Source: Cyanobacteria bacterium P01_D01_bin.156
GTDB lineage: Bacteria > Cyanobacteriota > Cyanobacteriia > Phormidesmidales > Phormidesmidaceae
Reading direction: 5' to 3'
Length of the DNA: 24,817 bases
NCBI GenBank assembly: GCA_039024555.1
Contig: JBCCQQ010000078.1
Coordinates: forward strand, 1 to 24,817
Shown here: one piece after another, positions 1 to 9,553 of the stretch
Layout: each line of letters starts with the position of its first letter
Position numbering within the stretch: position 1 is the first letter of the stretch
Translations under genes and position numbers: made by a program
Notes under the pieces: model-generated
The model's input: only the letters and a program-made list of their open reading frames with translations
Databases searched by the model: none
Told to the model about the DNA's origin: nothing

Positions 1-266
1 GGTGTTTGACTGATCTCTATTGCTTGCTGTCGTGCAGCTGTTAACTCAGTTACGGCTGACAACACCCGTTCAAAATACAGTTGCCCCGCTTCTGTCGGCT
101 GTAACTTCCGTGTGCTGCGCTGGAATAAACGAATATCTAAGTCTCGCTCTAGCTTTGCAATAGCTCGCGACACTGACGATGGATCAATATTGCGATTACG
201 AGCCACCGCTGCAAAGCTGTGCTGTTGCATTACATCAATAAATAGCTCCAGTGCGGATAAATCCAT
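1..266 (-). CDS. LysR-family transcriptional regulator (N-terminal part, runs off the window)
   Basis: Manual translation from ATG at 266: MDLSALELFIDVMQQHSFAAVARNRNIDPSSVSRAIAKLERDLDIRLFQRSTRKLQPTEAGQLYFERV, a classic LysR HTH. Not in the ORF track because it is truncated. Confidence 0.93.
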   Translation of the reverse strand, partial: MDLSALELFIDVMQQHSFAAVARNRNIDPSSVSRAIAKLERDLDIRLFQRSTRKLQPTEAGQLYFERVLSAVTELTAARQQAIEISQT

Positions 267-285
267 TCGTGCGTAAATCGCATGA
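267..285. promoter_or_regulatory. Probable LysR operator (T-N11-A dyad)
   Basis: TCGTGCG-taaat-CGCATGA imperfect dyad (T270/A282) abutting the LysR start in a divergent intergenic region; possible -10 TAGGAT at 329-334 for the dehydrogenase. Confidence 0.55.
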
Positions 286-358
286 GTCTATTGATATTTT
301 AAGTGTTTATTGTGGCTTTTGTCATGGATAGGATGCGGATAGTTTATTACCCCCTACC

Positions 359-1225
359 ATGACTGACATTGCATTTTTAGGAATGGGTGCCATGGGTACC
401 CGCATTGCGACTCACCTCGTAAACGTTGGACATTCTCTCCATGTGTGGAATCGCACGGCAGAGCGATGTCAGCCTCTAGTGGGAAAAGGTGCAACGGCTT
501 ACGATTCTCCCAAAGCTGCAGCCCAAGCAGCTGAGGTGGTTATTTCCATGTTGGCAGACGACGAAGCATCGTACCAGGTATGGCTAAATGAGACTACGGG
601 AGCAATGTATGGCTTGCAAGATGGAGCCATTGCATTGGAATACAGTACCCTCACACCAGGGTGGGCGAAGGAATTAGCGGGGGTAATGCAAAATTATAAG
701 CATCCGTTTCTTGCTGCCCCCATCATCGGTTCCCGCCCCCAAGCCGAAGCCGGTCAGCTCATCCAATTAGTCGGGGGTGATATTGCCACATTGGACATTG
801 TAAAACCGATTCTTTCCTCATATACTGCAGCGATTCACCCTGTAGGAGATGCTGCCGCCAGTATGGCCCTTAAACTAGCTGTCAATACCCTCTTTGGCAT
901 CCAGGTTGCAGCACTAGGTGAGATTCTTGGGATGCTCCAAAAAACAGATATCACGTCCAAAATGGCCATTGAATGGTTAAACCGAATGCCTGTTACTAGC
1001 CCTGCGCTTAAAGGTATTGGTGGACTTATTGCCTCACAGAACTATGCGCCGCTATTTCCGATCGATCTGGTAGAAAAAGATTTTCGCTATGCAGAAAATT
1101 GGGCTGAAAACGTATCTCAAAAAGTACCCACCGTTACATCTGTACGAAGCATTTATAAACAAGCTCAGCAGGCAGGACTAGGGGCAGATAATATTAACGG
1201 TGTCGCTAAACTATATTTGAGCTAA
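359..1225 (+). CDS. NAD(P)-dependent beta-hydroxyacid dehydrogenase (3-hydroxyisobutyrate dehydrogenase/6PGD-like family)
   Basis: FLGMGAMG Rossmann motif, VWNRT, APIIGS, catalytic Lys in ALKLAVN, KDF motif; 288 aa. Confidence 0.9.
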   Translation: MTDIAFLGMGAMGTRIATHLVNVGHSLHVWNRTAERCQPLVGKGATAYDSPKAAAQAAEVVISMLADDEASYQVWLNETTGAMYGLQDGAIALEYSTLTPGWAKELAGVMQNYKHPFLAAPIIGSRPQAEAGQLIQLVGGDIATLDIVKPILSSYTAAIHPVGDAAASMALKLAVNTLFGIQVAALGEILGMLQKTDITSKMAIEWLNRMPVTSPALKGIGGLIASQNYAPLFPIDLVEKDFRYAENWAENVSQKVPTVTSVRSIYKQAQQAGLGADNINGVAKLYLS

Positions 1226-1279
1226 TATTTCCTGAAAGACTTTTCTCAACAGGTTTTGAGTAGGCAATGACTACCATTG

Positions 1280-1323
1280 CTGATCTAGATATAATTCTCT
1301 TTATAGGGGCATGTCTAGATCAG
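1280..1323. terminator. Stem-loop after the dehydrogenase (possible terminator or 3' stabiliser)
   Basis: CTGATCTAGA (1280-1289) pairs with TCTAGATCAG (1314-1323), extendable inward with G-U pairs. Confidence 0.5.
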
Positions 1324-1415
1324 TAACTCATATCTGAATTAAGAATTTCTGACTTTTTTCAAACTTTTTACACCAAAGGTCATTATGTAACTGTACCGTT
1401 GTCCTACCTTACAAA

Positions 1416-1943
1416 ATGACCATGGCCTATGTCTGTGAAATTAGCCCTAACCATCATATCTATTTAGACAATCAGGGAAATCAAACCATTGTTACCACTG
1501 TGCTCAGTATGCCAGGGCAACAGCAACAGACCAGTACTGGCATGACCACAGGCACTTGGACAGCATTGCCAAAAATCTACCAAACCACTACGGGTATTAT
1601 CTTAAAACTGTTCTCTGAGGAAGGAGAAACTTGTGTTCACGTTCAGAATAACAGCATTAGCTTGATGGTGAATGTGCCTTCTGTGGCGGAAGCACAACAG
1701 TTATCTGTACAGCAAGCAACAACTGTACAGTCATCTAATGTTATGCCGCCAATGCCGCCAATGGGCAATATGCAAATGACAATGCAACCGATGGAAATGC
1801 GTATGGGTAATATGGAGCTCAAGATGGATTCTGCTGCTAATGCACCACAACCTGAGACAGCACGGAATTTTTGCAGCCAGTGTGGCAGCAAGGTAGCTCC
1901 AGAAGATCGGTTTTGCTCCAACTGTGGTCACGCTCTGGGTTAA
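1416..1943 (+). CDS. Zinc-ribbon domain protein with Met/Pro-rich linker
   Basis: C-terminal FCSQCG..FCSNCG (two CxxC); Met-rich stretch MPPMPPMGNMQMTMQPMEMRMGNMELKM. Confidence 0.85.
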   Translation: MTMAYVCEISPNHHIYLDNQGNQTIVTTVLSMPGQQQQTSTGMTTGTWTALPKIYQTTTGIILKLFSEEGETCVHVQNNSISLMVNVPSVAEAQQLSVQQATTVQSSNVMPPMPPMGNMQMTMQPMEMRMGNMELKMDSAANAPQPETARNFCSQCGSKVAPEDRFCSNCGHALG

Positions 1944-1965
1944 TGAGCACGTTCTATAGTTAGAA

Positions 1966-2013
1966 AACTAACCCTATTCCTAAAGACAGATCTTTGATCG
2001 AATAGGGTTAGTT
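1966..2013 (+). terminator. Hairpin after the zinc-ribbon gene
   Basis: Perfect 14-bp arms AACTAACCCTATTC / GAATAGGGTTAGTT plus inner AAAGA/TCTTT, 22 nt after the stop. Confidence 0.65.
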
Positions 2014-2046
2014 AGCTTGTTAATCACATATTAATTTTTGGTCGAA

Positions 2047-2062
2047 TGTATGGAGATTTACA
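2047..2062. promoter_or_regulatory. NtcA-type binding site upstream of the ATP-grasp operon
   Basis: TGTA-tggagatt-TACA matches the extended NtcA consensus TGTA-N8-TACA, about 130 nt upstream of the GTG at 2192. No perfect TAN3T at the canonical 22-nt spacing. Confidence 0.6.
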
Positions 2063-2191
2063 ATTTCCAGCACTAATAACAGTTAAGCAATATTTTATAC
2101 CTTGTTCATTTCGTAAAATCAGAGCTTTCCTTTAGAAAGCCTTCTACTACAGCTTGGACAGGGTTTAGAACACACTTTAGGACGGTGATCA

Positions 2192-3628
2192 GTGTTTAAC
2201 ACCTACGACCCCGGCGATTTTTACGATGAGCTTTTTATTAGTCGTGGTGTGCCTCGACCAGAAGCCGAACTGTTGGTAAAGCGTATTAGTGATATTTCCA
2301 TTGATGAGCTAACGTTACGGCAGCAGATGGCTCAAAATATGTTGTTTAAGTTAGGGGTAACGTTTAACGTCTATAGTGACAACCAAGGAACAGAGCGTAT
2401 ATTTCCATTTGATCTTGTGCCCCGAGTAGTTCCCAGCAATGAGTGGGCATGGCTAGAACGTGGATTAAAACAGCGTATTCAGGCACTGAACTGTTTTTTA
2501 GGTGATATTTATAACGATCAAAAGATCATTGCAGATGGGATTATCTCCCGAGAGGTGATTGAGTCGGCAACGGGATTTTTGAAGCCTTGTGTAGGGTTGA
2601 AGCCCCCAAAAGGAATTTGGTGTCACATTACAGGTACCGATCTGGTGAGAGATCGTGAGGGTCATTGGTATGTTCTTGAGGACAATCTTCGTTGTCCATC
2701 TGGCGTATCCTACGTGCTCGAGAATAGACGAGTCATGAAGGGGGCGTTTCCAGCGCTGTTTGAGGCCCTTAATATTAATCCGGTGGATGCTTATCCGAGT
2801 CAGCTGTTAGCGTCTCTGCTACACCTAGCACCCGATGGTGTGCCAGACCCTCAGGTGGTACTACTGTCTCCAGGAATTTACAATTCCGCCTATTTTGAGC
2901 ATTCGTTTTTAGCTCAGCAAATGGGGATTGAACTGGTGGAAGGGCGAGATCTGGTAATTGCGGATGGCTATCTGCAAATGAAGACCACCAAAGGTCTCCA
3001 GCGGGTAGATGTCGTCTATCGACGGATTGATGATGATTTTCTGGATCCGCTTACATTTCGGGCTGATTCCCTACTTGGGGTGCCAGGATTAATGGATGTG
3101 TATCGTCAGGGACGGGTTGCGATCGCAAATGCTCCTGGTACAGGGGTGGCTGACGATAAAATGATTTACAGCTACGTCCCTGAGATGATCCGCTACTATC
3201 TTGGTGAAGAACAGATTATCCCCAATGTCCCGACCTATCTTTGCGAAAATCCCCAACAAAAAGACTACGTTCTCAGTCATTTAGATGAGCTAGTGGTCAA
3301 AGCAACCAATGCTTCTGGCGGGTATGGCATGCTGGTGGGTCCCCATGCAACTGAGCCAGAACGAGCGACCTTTGCAAAACAGATTAAAGCTAACCCAAGG
3401 GAATACATTGCTCAGCCAACCTTATGTCTCTCGCGGGTACCTACATTGATTGACAGCGAATTTCAAGGCTGTCATGTAGATTTGCGACCCTTTATTTTGA
3501 ATGGAGAAGACATTTATGTAAATCCTGGCGGCCTAACACGAGTTGCCCTAAAGAAAGGCTCCCTGGTGGTTAACTCATCCCAAGGTGGCGGTAGTAAGGA
3601 TACATGGGTGGTTGCGGCAACAAGCTGA
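2192..3628 (+). CDS. Circularly permuted type 2 ATP-grasp protein
   Basis: VLEDNLRCPSGVSY, YRRIDDDFLDP, NAPGTGVADDK, HVDLRPF, GGLTRVAL..GSLVVNSSQGGGSKDTWV signature motifs. Confidence 0.93.
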   Translation: MFNTYDPGDFYDELFISRGVPRPEAELLVKRISDISIDELTLRQQMAQNMLFKLGVTFNVYSDNQGTERIFPFDLVPRVVPSNEWAWLERGLKQRIQALNCFLGDIYNDQKIIADGIISREVIESATGFLKPCVGLKPPKGIWCHITGTDLVRDREGHWYVLEDNLRCPSGVSYVLENRRVMKGAFPALFEALNINPVDAYPSQLLASLLHLAPDGVPDPQVVLLSPGIYNSAYFEHSFLAQQMGIELVEGRDLVIADGYLQMKTTKGLQRVDVVYRRIDDDFLDPLTFRADSLLGVPGLMDVYRQGRVAIANAPGTGVADDKMIYSYVPEMIRYYLGEEQIIPNVPTYLCENPQQKDYVLSHLDELVVKATNASGGYGMLVGPHATEPERATFAKQIKANPREYIAQPTLCLSRVPTLIDSEFQGCHVDLRPFILNGEDIYVNPGGLTRVALKKGSLVVNSSQGGGSKDTWVVAATS

Positions 3629-3676
3629 CCCACTTCTCATGGCCATTATGCAAATCATATTTTAGTGAGTCATACC

Positions 3677-4627
3677 ATGCTAAGTCGTGTTGCCGATTCA
3701 ATTTACTGGATTAATCGCTATGTCGAACGGGCAGAAAATGTGTCTCGTTTTGTTGAAGTTAATTTGCACCTCTTGCTAGATACGCCTGTGGGCACTACGC
3801 AGCAGTGGGAGCCTTTGGTGATTACCACAGGAGATCAGGACATCTTTCAAGAACGCTACGGTGAAGCAACTGCCGAGAATGTGCTCAATTTTCTCACCTT
3901 TGACTCGGGCTATTCCAACTCCATTCGCTCCTGTGTCAAACTAGCAAGGGAAAATGCCCGCTCTGTTCGAGAGATTATTTCATCGGAGATGTGGGAACAG
4001 CTCAATGAATTTTATCTGCAGGTGGAAGAGGCTGCTAGGTCTGACGATATGACTCAGCTCTATACCTTTTATCCTGAGGTAAAAAAGGCAAGTCATATGT
4101 TTGCTGGGCTGATGGATGCCACCATGTCCCACAATGAAGGTTGGCACTTTGGTCAACTAGGGCGCTTCCTTGAGCGAGCCGACAAGACAGCGCGCATTTT
4201 GGATGTAAAGTACTTTATTTTGCTGCCATCGGTGACTGCTGTGGGAAGCCCCCTAGACAATTTGCAGTGGAGTGCGTTGTTGCGTTCCGCCAGTGCTTAT
4301 GAGATGTATCGTAAATGTCAGCACATGATCCATCCAAGCGGTGTGGTGGAATTTTTGGTATTGCATCCAGAATTTCCCCGCTCAATTCGCTGCTGTATTT
4401 TGCAGGCGGAACAATCATTAAATAAAATTTCGGGGTCTCCTGGCGGTAGCTGGCGATTAAGCAGCGAAAGACGGTTGGGCAAGCTACGATCTCATCTCGA
4501 ATACATTACCCTAGAGGAGGTTTTTCAAGTAGGTCTCCACGAGTTTCTTGATAATATTCAAGACGATCTCAATCAGGTCGGTAGCGCCATCACTGAAAAT
4601 TTCTTTGCACTGCAGGTTTCTGGGTAG
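3677..4627 (+). CDS. Alpha-E domain protein (DUF403)
   Basis: MLSRVADSIYWINRYVERAEN and a second LGRFLERAD repeat, ARENARSVR, FPRSI. Start placed at ATG 3677 (ORF track starts at GTG 3665). Confidence 0.92.
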   Translation: MLSRVADSIYWINRYVERAENVSRFVEVNLHLLLDTPVGTTQQWEPLVITTGDQDIFQERYGEATAENVLNFLTFDSGYSNSIRSCVKLARENARSVREIISSEMWEQLNEFYLQVEEAARSDDMTQLYTFYPEVKKASHMFAGLMDATMSHNEGWHFGQLGRFLERADKTARILDVKYFILLPSVTAVGSPLDNLQWSALLRSASAYEMYRKCQHMIHPSGVVEFLVLHPEFPRSIRCCILQAEQSLNKISGSPGGSWRLSSERRLGKLRSHLEYITLEEVFQVGLHEFLDNIQDDLNQVGSAITENFFALQVSG

Positions 4628-4636
4628 TAACAATTT

Positions 4637-5494
4637 ATGCGCTATCGTATTATCCACCAAACTCGATATGACTATGCTGAACCCGTTCGACTGGGAACAC
4701 ATATAATCCGACTGCAGCCTCGGGTAGACGGTAGTCAGCGGCTTCACTACTTTACTTGCGAGATCGCCCCAACACCCCGAAAGTCAATTGATTGGCTCGA
4801 CCTAGAAGGGACTGTCTGTCGTCAGGTGTGGTTTTCGAATACTGATATCAACACGTTGACCATTGCCACTCAGTGCGAGGTAGAAACCTTAAGAACAAAT
4901 CCTTTTGACTATCTGTCTCCCGACTGGGCTATTGCCGCCCCCGTAGACTATCCTCAGTCTACACAGCAGCTAGTTGCCCCTTATTTGACTACGTCTTATG
5001 CCGATAGCCCTGCTGTTATTGACTGGGCACAGCAACAGCTGCATCAAGCTGACAGTAATGTGGGCATGTTTTTGACCCGCCTTACCCAAACGATTTATCA
5101 GACCTGTACCTACGAACACCGTCACCAAGGGCCGCCATGGCCGCCGGGTGTGGTCTTGGCCGAACAACAGGGTACCTGTCGTGATTTTACGGTTTTATTT
5201 ATGGCAGCCTGTCGAGCCGTGGGCCTGGCCGCTCGCTTTGTAAGTGGCTATCAGCGGGGTGCTCAAGACCAAACTAGCCATGACTTACATGCATGGCCAG
5301 AGGTCTATGTGCCGGGAGGAGGATGGCGTGGTTTTGACCCCACACTGGGGTTAGCTGTGGCGGACGACCATATTTCATTGGCAGCGGCTAGGGAACCGGC
5401 TCAGGCAGCTGCGGTAACCGGCACACTGCAACCAGGGCATTTGAGCCAGAGTCGTCTGAACGCTGACATTCAGTTAACTGTGCTGAACAGTTAG
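4637..5494 (+). CDS. Transglutaminase-family protein
   Basis: N-terminal YRIIHQTRYDY; catalytic triad in GTCRDF (Cys), HAWPE (His), FDPT (Asp); ARFVSGY. Confidence 0.92.
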   Translation: MRYRIIHQTRYDYAEPVRLGTHIIRLQPRVDGSQRLHYFTCEIAPTPRKSIDWLDLEGTVCRQVWFSNTDINTLTIATQCEVETLRTNPFDYLSPDWAIAAPVDYPQSTQQLVAPYLTTSYADSPAVIDWAQQQLHQADSNVGMFLTRLTQTIYQTCTYEHRHQGPPWPPGVVLAEQQGTCRDFTVLFMAACRAVGLAARFVSGYQRGAQDQTSHDLHAWPEVYVPGGGWRGFDPTLGLAVADDHISLAAAREPAQAAAVTGTLQPGHLSQSRLNADIQLTVLNS

Positions 5495-5551
5495 GGGGCA
5501 AAAAATCAGGTTCCAGAGGGGATAGGTGAATAGGCACGGGTATTGCCAGTT

Positions 5552-6319
5552 CTATTCAAGGGAAAAATCAGGCTCGGCTTCAACCGATACTCGATTCCAT
5601 TTTAGAGTGGGCATATTGTTGGTCGCTTCTCGTAGAGCGCCTTCCCAATACTTACGAATGGTCGCCAGGTACGGATCGCTGGACTGGAGCTGCACACGAT
5701 GGCGAATTTCAAAGCTATCGGCTTCGTAAAGCACCATGTTAATTGGGGGACCCACAGAAATATTGGAACGCATGGTGGAGTCAATAGAGAGTAAAGCGCA
5801 TTTTGCGATCGCATCCAGTGACGATTCATGGGTCAGGGTACGGTCCAATATCGGTTTGCCATACTTAGTCTCACCAATCTGTAGAAAGGGGGTCTCCGGT
5901 GTAGTCTTGATGCAATTGCCCTGGCTATAAATCAGAAATATTTCAGGGGATTCTCCCGGTAGCTGTCCTCCCACTAAAAAATTGCACTGAAACTTAATAC
6001 CGTCTTGATCTAGCCAATGACGATCTTCATCCTGAATCTTGCGAATTTCATGGCCAATATACCGAGCAATGCCATACATGGTAGGGATAGTGTGCAGCGA
6101 ATCCTTGGCACCATTTTTAATATCCTGCCCCAGCCGATGCACAACAGCTTGAGTGACCGATAAATTACCCGATACACAGGCTATCACCACCCGTTCGCCA
6201 GGAATTGAGAAGTCAAATAGTTTCTGATAGGACGAAATATAGTCTACCCCCGCATTGGTACGAGAGTCAGCAGCTAAGACAAGTCCCTCTTTTACTGAAA
6301 TTCCCAAACAATAGGTCAT
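5552..6319 (-). CDS. Proteasome-type Ntn protease (Anbu family)
   Basis: MTYCLGI..GLVLAADSRTNAGVD with N-terminal Thr nucleophile, QIGETKYGKPILDR, SIDSTMRSNISVGPP. ATG at 6319 follows an AAGGAG RBS. Confidence 0.93.
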   Translation of the reverse strand: MTYCLGISVKEGLVLAADSRTNAGVDYISSYQKLFDFSIPGERVVIACVSGNLSVTQAVVHRLGQDIKNGAKDSLHTIPTMYGIARYIGHEIRKIQDEDRHWLDQDGIKFQCNFLVGGQLPGESPEIFLIYSQGNCIKTTPETPFLQIGETKYGKPILDRTLTHESSLDAIAKCALLSIDSTMRSNISVGPPINMVLYEADSFEIRHRVQLQSSDPYLATIRKYWEGALREATNNMPTLKWNRVSVEAEPDFSLE

Positions 6320-6609
6320 CACCCCAGACTCCTTCCTTCTGCAATTAACCCATATTACGTATGGGGTACAGTCTACGCGAACTCCTATGGTTTGTGATTA
6401 TTTATACGAATCTATCTGGTTTAGTACCCCAACCACCTATTTTTGTTCATTACCTTCTCCACCTGCGGGGGTAGGCGTAGAATCCCAATCTTCCACCATG
6501 TGCGATCTCGTAACACTCAGTTCCTGATATAGCTGGTATTTTCTAGCGATAACTCCAAACATTAAAATAGCTGCTTAAAATTGAAACGTCACATATAACG
6601 CACATCGTT

Positions 6610-6912
6610 ATGAAACTGGTGCTCAAGGCATTGATTCGTGGTTATCAGATCCTAATTTCGCCACTACTGCCCGCCACCTGTCGGTACACTCCCAACTGTT
6701 CTAGCTATGCACTAACGGCCATAGACCGCTTTGGGCCATGGCGTGGTGGCTGGCTGGCCATTAACCGGATTGTTCGCTGTAATCCCTGGCATGAAGGCGG
6801 TTATGACCCAGTACCCATGGTGGGAAAAACTGATCTCAGTAGCTTGATTGACAGATCAGATGCATCAGCCAAAGACGACGCTAAAGATACGCCATCTTCA
6901 CACCAGCACTAA
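6610..6912 (+). CDS. yidD: Membrane protein insertion efficiency factor YidD
   Basis: [33 protein letters not shown]. Confidence 0.93.
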   Translation: MKLVLKALIRGYQILISPLLPATCRYTPNCSSYALTAIDRFGPWRGGWLAINRIVRCNPWHEGGYDPVPMVGKTDLSSLIDRSDASAKDDAKDTPSSHQH

Positions 6913-6919
6913 TTTTTGG

Positions 6920-7010
6920 GGCGTTGCTGATCCTCGGGATGGTTTTATCTTTCAAATCCAAGCATCCGGCAAGTTCTAAGGCTCGTTTCATCCCCTAAAT
7001 CAGCAACGGT
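6920..7010 (+). mobile_element. 91-bp MITE-like element, copy 1
   Basis: Imperfect 22-bp terminal inverted repeats GGCGTTGCTGAT.../...ATCAGCAACGGT; flanks ATTTTTGG / ATTTTTTG (7/8 match); aligns with three other copies. Confidence 0.85.
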
Positions 7011-7102
7011 ATTTTTTGCAGTCATAGCTATAGTCTTAGACAGATACCATTTAACAAATTCTCTCCATTAACGAGTACAACTGTGGATTTCCAACTCCTG
7101 CT

Positions 7103-7435
7103 ATGAAACGAGTGAATCTTAGTAAGCTAGACGATCAGGGCGTTTCCCACAACGCTGCCATCCGAAAAAAAGTCATGCTTCAGCCAGGGGAGATTCCTCA
7201 CCTGACTAACTTTTCCCAAGCTGTATTTGCCCCAGGACAAATCGCTCCGGGCCATGCCCACGACGCCATGCATGAGGTATTTTTTGTATCGGCAGGGACC
7301 GGCACCATGACGGTTAATGGTACTGCTCAGGCTTTGTCTCCAGGAGTCTGCATTTGGGTAGAACCCGGCGATATCCATGAGGTTGCCAATACTGGGACAG
7401 CCCCACTGGTGTTAACCTATTTTGGAATTGTCTAA
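7103..7435 (+). CDS. Cupin domain protein
   Basis: Cupin motifs PGHAHDAMHEVFFVSAGTG and PGVCIWVEPGDIHEVAN; TAA directly abuts the tadA ATG. Confidence 0.9.
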   Translation: MKRVNLSKLDDQGVSHNAAIRKKVMLQPGEIPHLTNFSQAVFAPGQIAPGHAHDAMHEVFFVSAGTGTMTVNGTAQALSPGVCIWVEPGDIHEVANTGTAPLVLTYFGIV

Positions 7436-7933
7436 ATGCCCTACGATGTGCCACCGCCGCCGCTGGACAATCCGATTTACTTGAACCATCGTCATTGGAT
7501 GTTGCAAGCATTGGAACTAGCCGAACAAGCAGGAAACGCAGGAGACGTTCCCGTAGGTGCTGTTATTGTTGGCCCGGACGATCAGCTAATTGCCCAGGCT
7601 GCCAACAAACGTGAGCAAGCCCATGACCCAACGGCCCACGCAGAAATCTTAGCCCTACGCAAAGCCGGACAGCAGTTGAAAAACTGGCATCTCAATGACT
7701 GTCGCCTATATGTCACCCTAGAGCCTTGCCCCATGTGTGCCGGTGCAATTGTGAACGCACGGCTGGGTTTACTAGTGTACGGTGCTGATGATTCAAAAAC
7801 AGGTGCCATCCGTTCTGTTCTAAATGTGCCAGATGGACCAGCGTCTAACCATCATCTGAAAGTGCAGGGGGGAATTCTCGCATCGTCTTGTCAGCAACAG
7901 TTACAAAACTGGTTTCGTCAGAGACGGCAGTGA
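7436..7933 (+). CDS. tadA: tRNA adenosine(34) deaminase TadA
   Basis: DVPVGAV, DPTAHAEILALR, LYVTLEPCPMCAGA, KTGA, NH and C-terminal WFRQRR. Confidence 0.93.
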   Translation: MPYDVPPPPLDNPIYLNHRHWMLQALELAEQAGNAGDVPVGAVIVGPDDQLIAQAANKREQAHDPTAHAEILALRKAGQQLKNWHLNDCRLYVTLEPCPMCAGAIVNARLGLLVYGADDSKTGAIRSVLNVPDGPASNHHLKVQGGILASSCQQQLQNWFRQRRQ

Positions 7934-8070
7934 AACTGTCCTGCTCTATGGCTTAACAACACCAACCATAGGTTTATGGTATGTATACAAATACGGGCGT
8001 ATCGTTAATTACATAGAACGATATTCAGTATCCGTATTGGGTGTGTTCTTCATTTTCCTGAGCATCGCTA

Positions 8071-8808
8071 ATGGCCCTTAGTCCACAATTTTCGCTGCAT
8101 CGCCCTTTGAAAACTGCCATGGTTTACACACCCTGTCAGTCAAAGCTATCTCCTTGGCTGGCTCCATTAGCCTACAGAGTTGGCGAGAACCTACTGCTGC
8201 CAAACTTTTTTAAGACCATTCGGATTATTGGTCAGGAAAATATTCCCACCACAGGGCCTGTGGTATTTGCCCCCACCCACCGCTCCCGATGGGACGCTTT
8301 ATTAGTAGGCTTGGTCGGTCATCAAGCCACAGATCGCTATCTACGATTTATGGTGACTGCTGATGAATGTGTAGGCTTGCAAGGCTGGGCCATTAAACGC
8401 CTAGGTGGATTTCCCGTGGATGTGAGGCGACCTGCGATCGCAACGCTGCGTCATGGAGTACAGCTATTACAAAACCAGCAAACCCTAGTCATTTTTCCAG
8501 AGGGTGATATCTTTCGCCAAAAACAGGTGCAACGGCTTAAGCCAGGTCTAGCCCGGTTAGCTCTGCAGGCAGAACAATCCACTCCAAACCTAGGTGTCAA
8601 AATACTGCCCATATATCTCGACTACGATAATCCTAGACCCAACCTAGGTAGCAGTGTTGAGGTACGCATTGGTCAACCACTCGAAGCTAATAGTTATCTT
8701 GCATCTGGCTCACCTAAGCAACAAGCCATGGAATTAACCACAGACCTCAAGCACGCGCTTGATTGCTTAGAAACTCCGGCCAAAACTCCCATAAGATTAG
8801 CCGCCTAG
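8071..8808 (+). CDS. Lysophospholipid (1-acyl-sn-glycerol-3-phosphate) acyltransferase family protein
   Basis: HRSRWD (HX4D), GGFPVD, IFPEGD. The true start may be the second Met. Confidence 0.88.
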   Translation: MALSPQFSLHRPLKTAMVYTPCQSKLSPWLAPLAYRVGENLLLPNFFKTIRIIGQENIPTTGPVVFAPTHRSRWDALLVGLVGHQATDRYLRFMVTADECVGLQGWAIKRLGGFPVDVRRPAIATLRHGVQLLQNQQTLVIFPEGDIFRQKQVQRLKPGLARLALQAEQSTPNLGVKILPIYLDYDNPRPNLGSSVEVRIGQPLEANSYLASGSPKQQAMELTTDLKHALDCLETPAKTPIRLAA

Positions 8809-8822
8809 GGCAGTCTTCGCAT

Positions 8823-9464
8823 TCATGAAGGATTCTCAGCTACTGCTAGCTTCAAACCCAGGGTAATCAAAATTGAGCCCAGCAATCGATCTAGCCATGT
8901 GGCAAGATACTGATTGCGCCGAAAAATATGGGTTAAGTGGGCGGCAGCGAAGACAAAAATAGTCTCTACAACTATAGCGACTAAAATCACCAGAAATCCC
9001 AGACCAATAATTTGAGCAGAGGTATGTCCCAGCTCTGAACGAACAAATTGGGGTAAAAAGGCCATAAAAAAGATGGCCACTTTAGGATTGAGAATATCCA
9101 CTAACATTCCTTGCTTAAAAGCATCCCATGTGGAAGTTGTGGCATGTTCCTGGGTAGTAGCCATATCAGGTATATCAAAGCTTGCCCCTTTAGAAACCAG
9201 AGCTTTAATACCCAGAAATATCAAATAGGCAGCACCGATATACTTAACAACAGAAAATGCTAAAGCGGACGTAGCTAAAATTGCAGATAGCCCCAGAGCC
9301 GCTGCTATGACATGGACAAAGGCCCCCGCACACACTCCCAACGATGAGGCAATGCCAACTTTAGCCCCCTGAGCAATAGTCCGAGAGAGGACATAAATCA
9401 GATCTGGGCCTGGTGCAAGATTCAGGGCTAATGCAGCAGAGAAAAAAAGTAGCCAGTAAGTCAT
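8823..9464 (-). CDS. LysE/RhtB family translocator
   Basis: APGPD, KYIGAAYLIFLG, LNPKVAIFFMAFLPQFV. Start placed at ATG 9464 behind GAAGGG. Confidence 0.92.
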   Translation of the reverse strand: MTYWLLFFSAALALNLAPGPDLIYVLSRTIAQGAKVGIASSLGVCAGAFVHVIAAALGLSAILATSALAFSVVKYIGAAYLIFLGIKALVSKGASFDIPDMATTQEHATTSTWDAFKQGMLVDILNPKVAIFFMAFLPQFVRSELGHTSAQIIGLGFLVILVAIVVETIFVFAAAHLTHIFRRNQYLATWLDRLLGSILITLGLKLAVAENPS

Positions 9465-9553
9465 AGAGTTACCCTTCACATAGAAAAGAGCCGCTGGTTA
9501 TGGCTGACGTTGCCACTAGATCGGTTCTTTAATGCCAGAGTAGCGCAGTTGCC

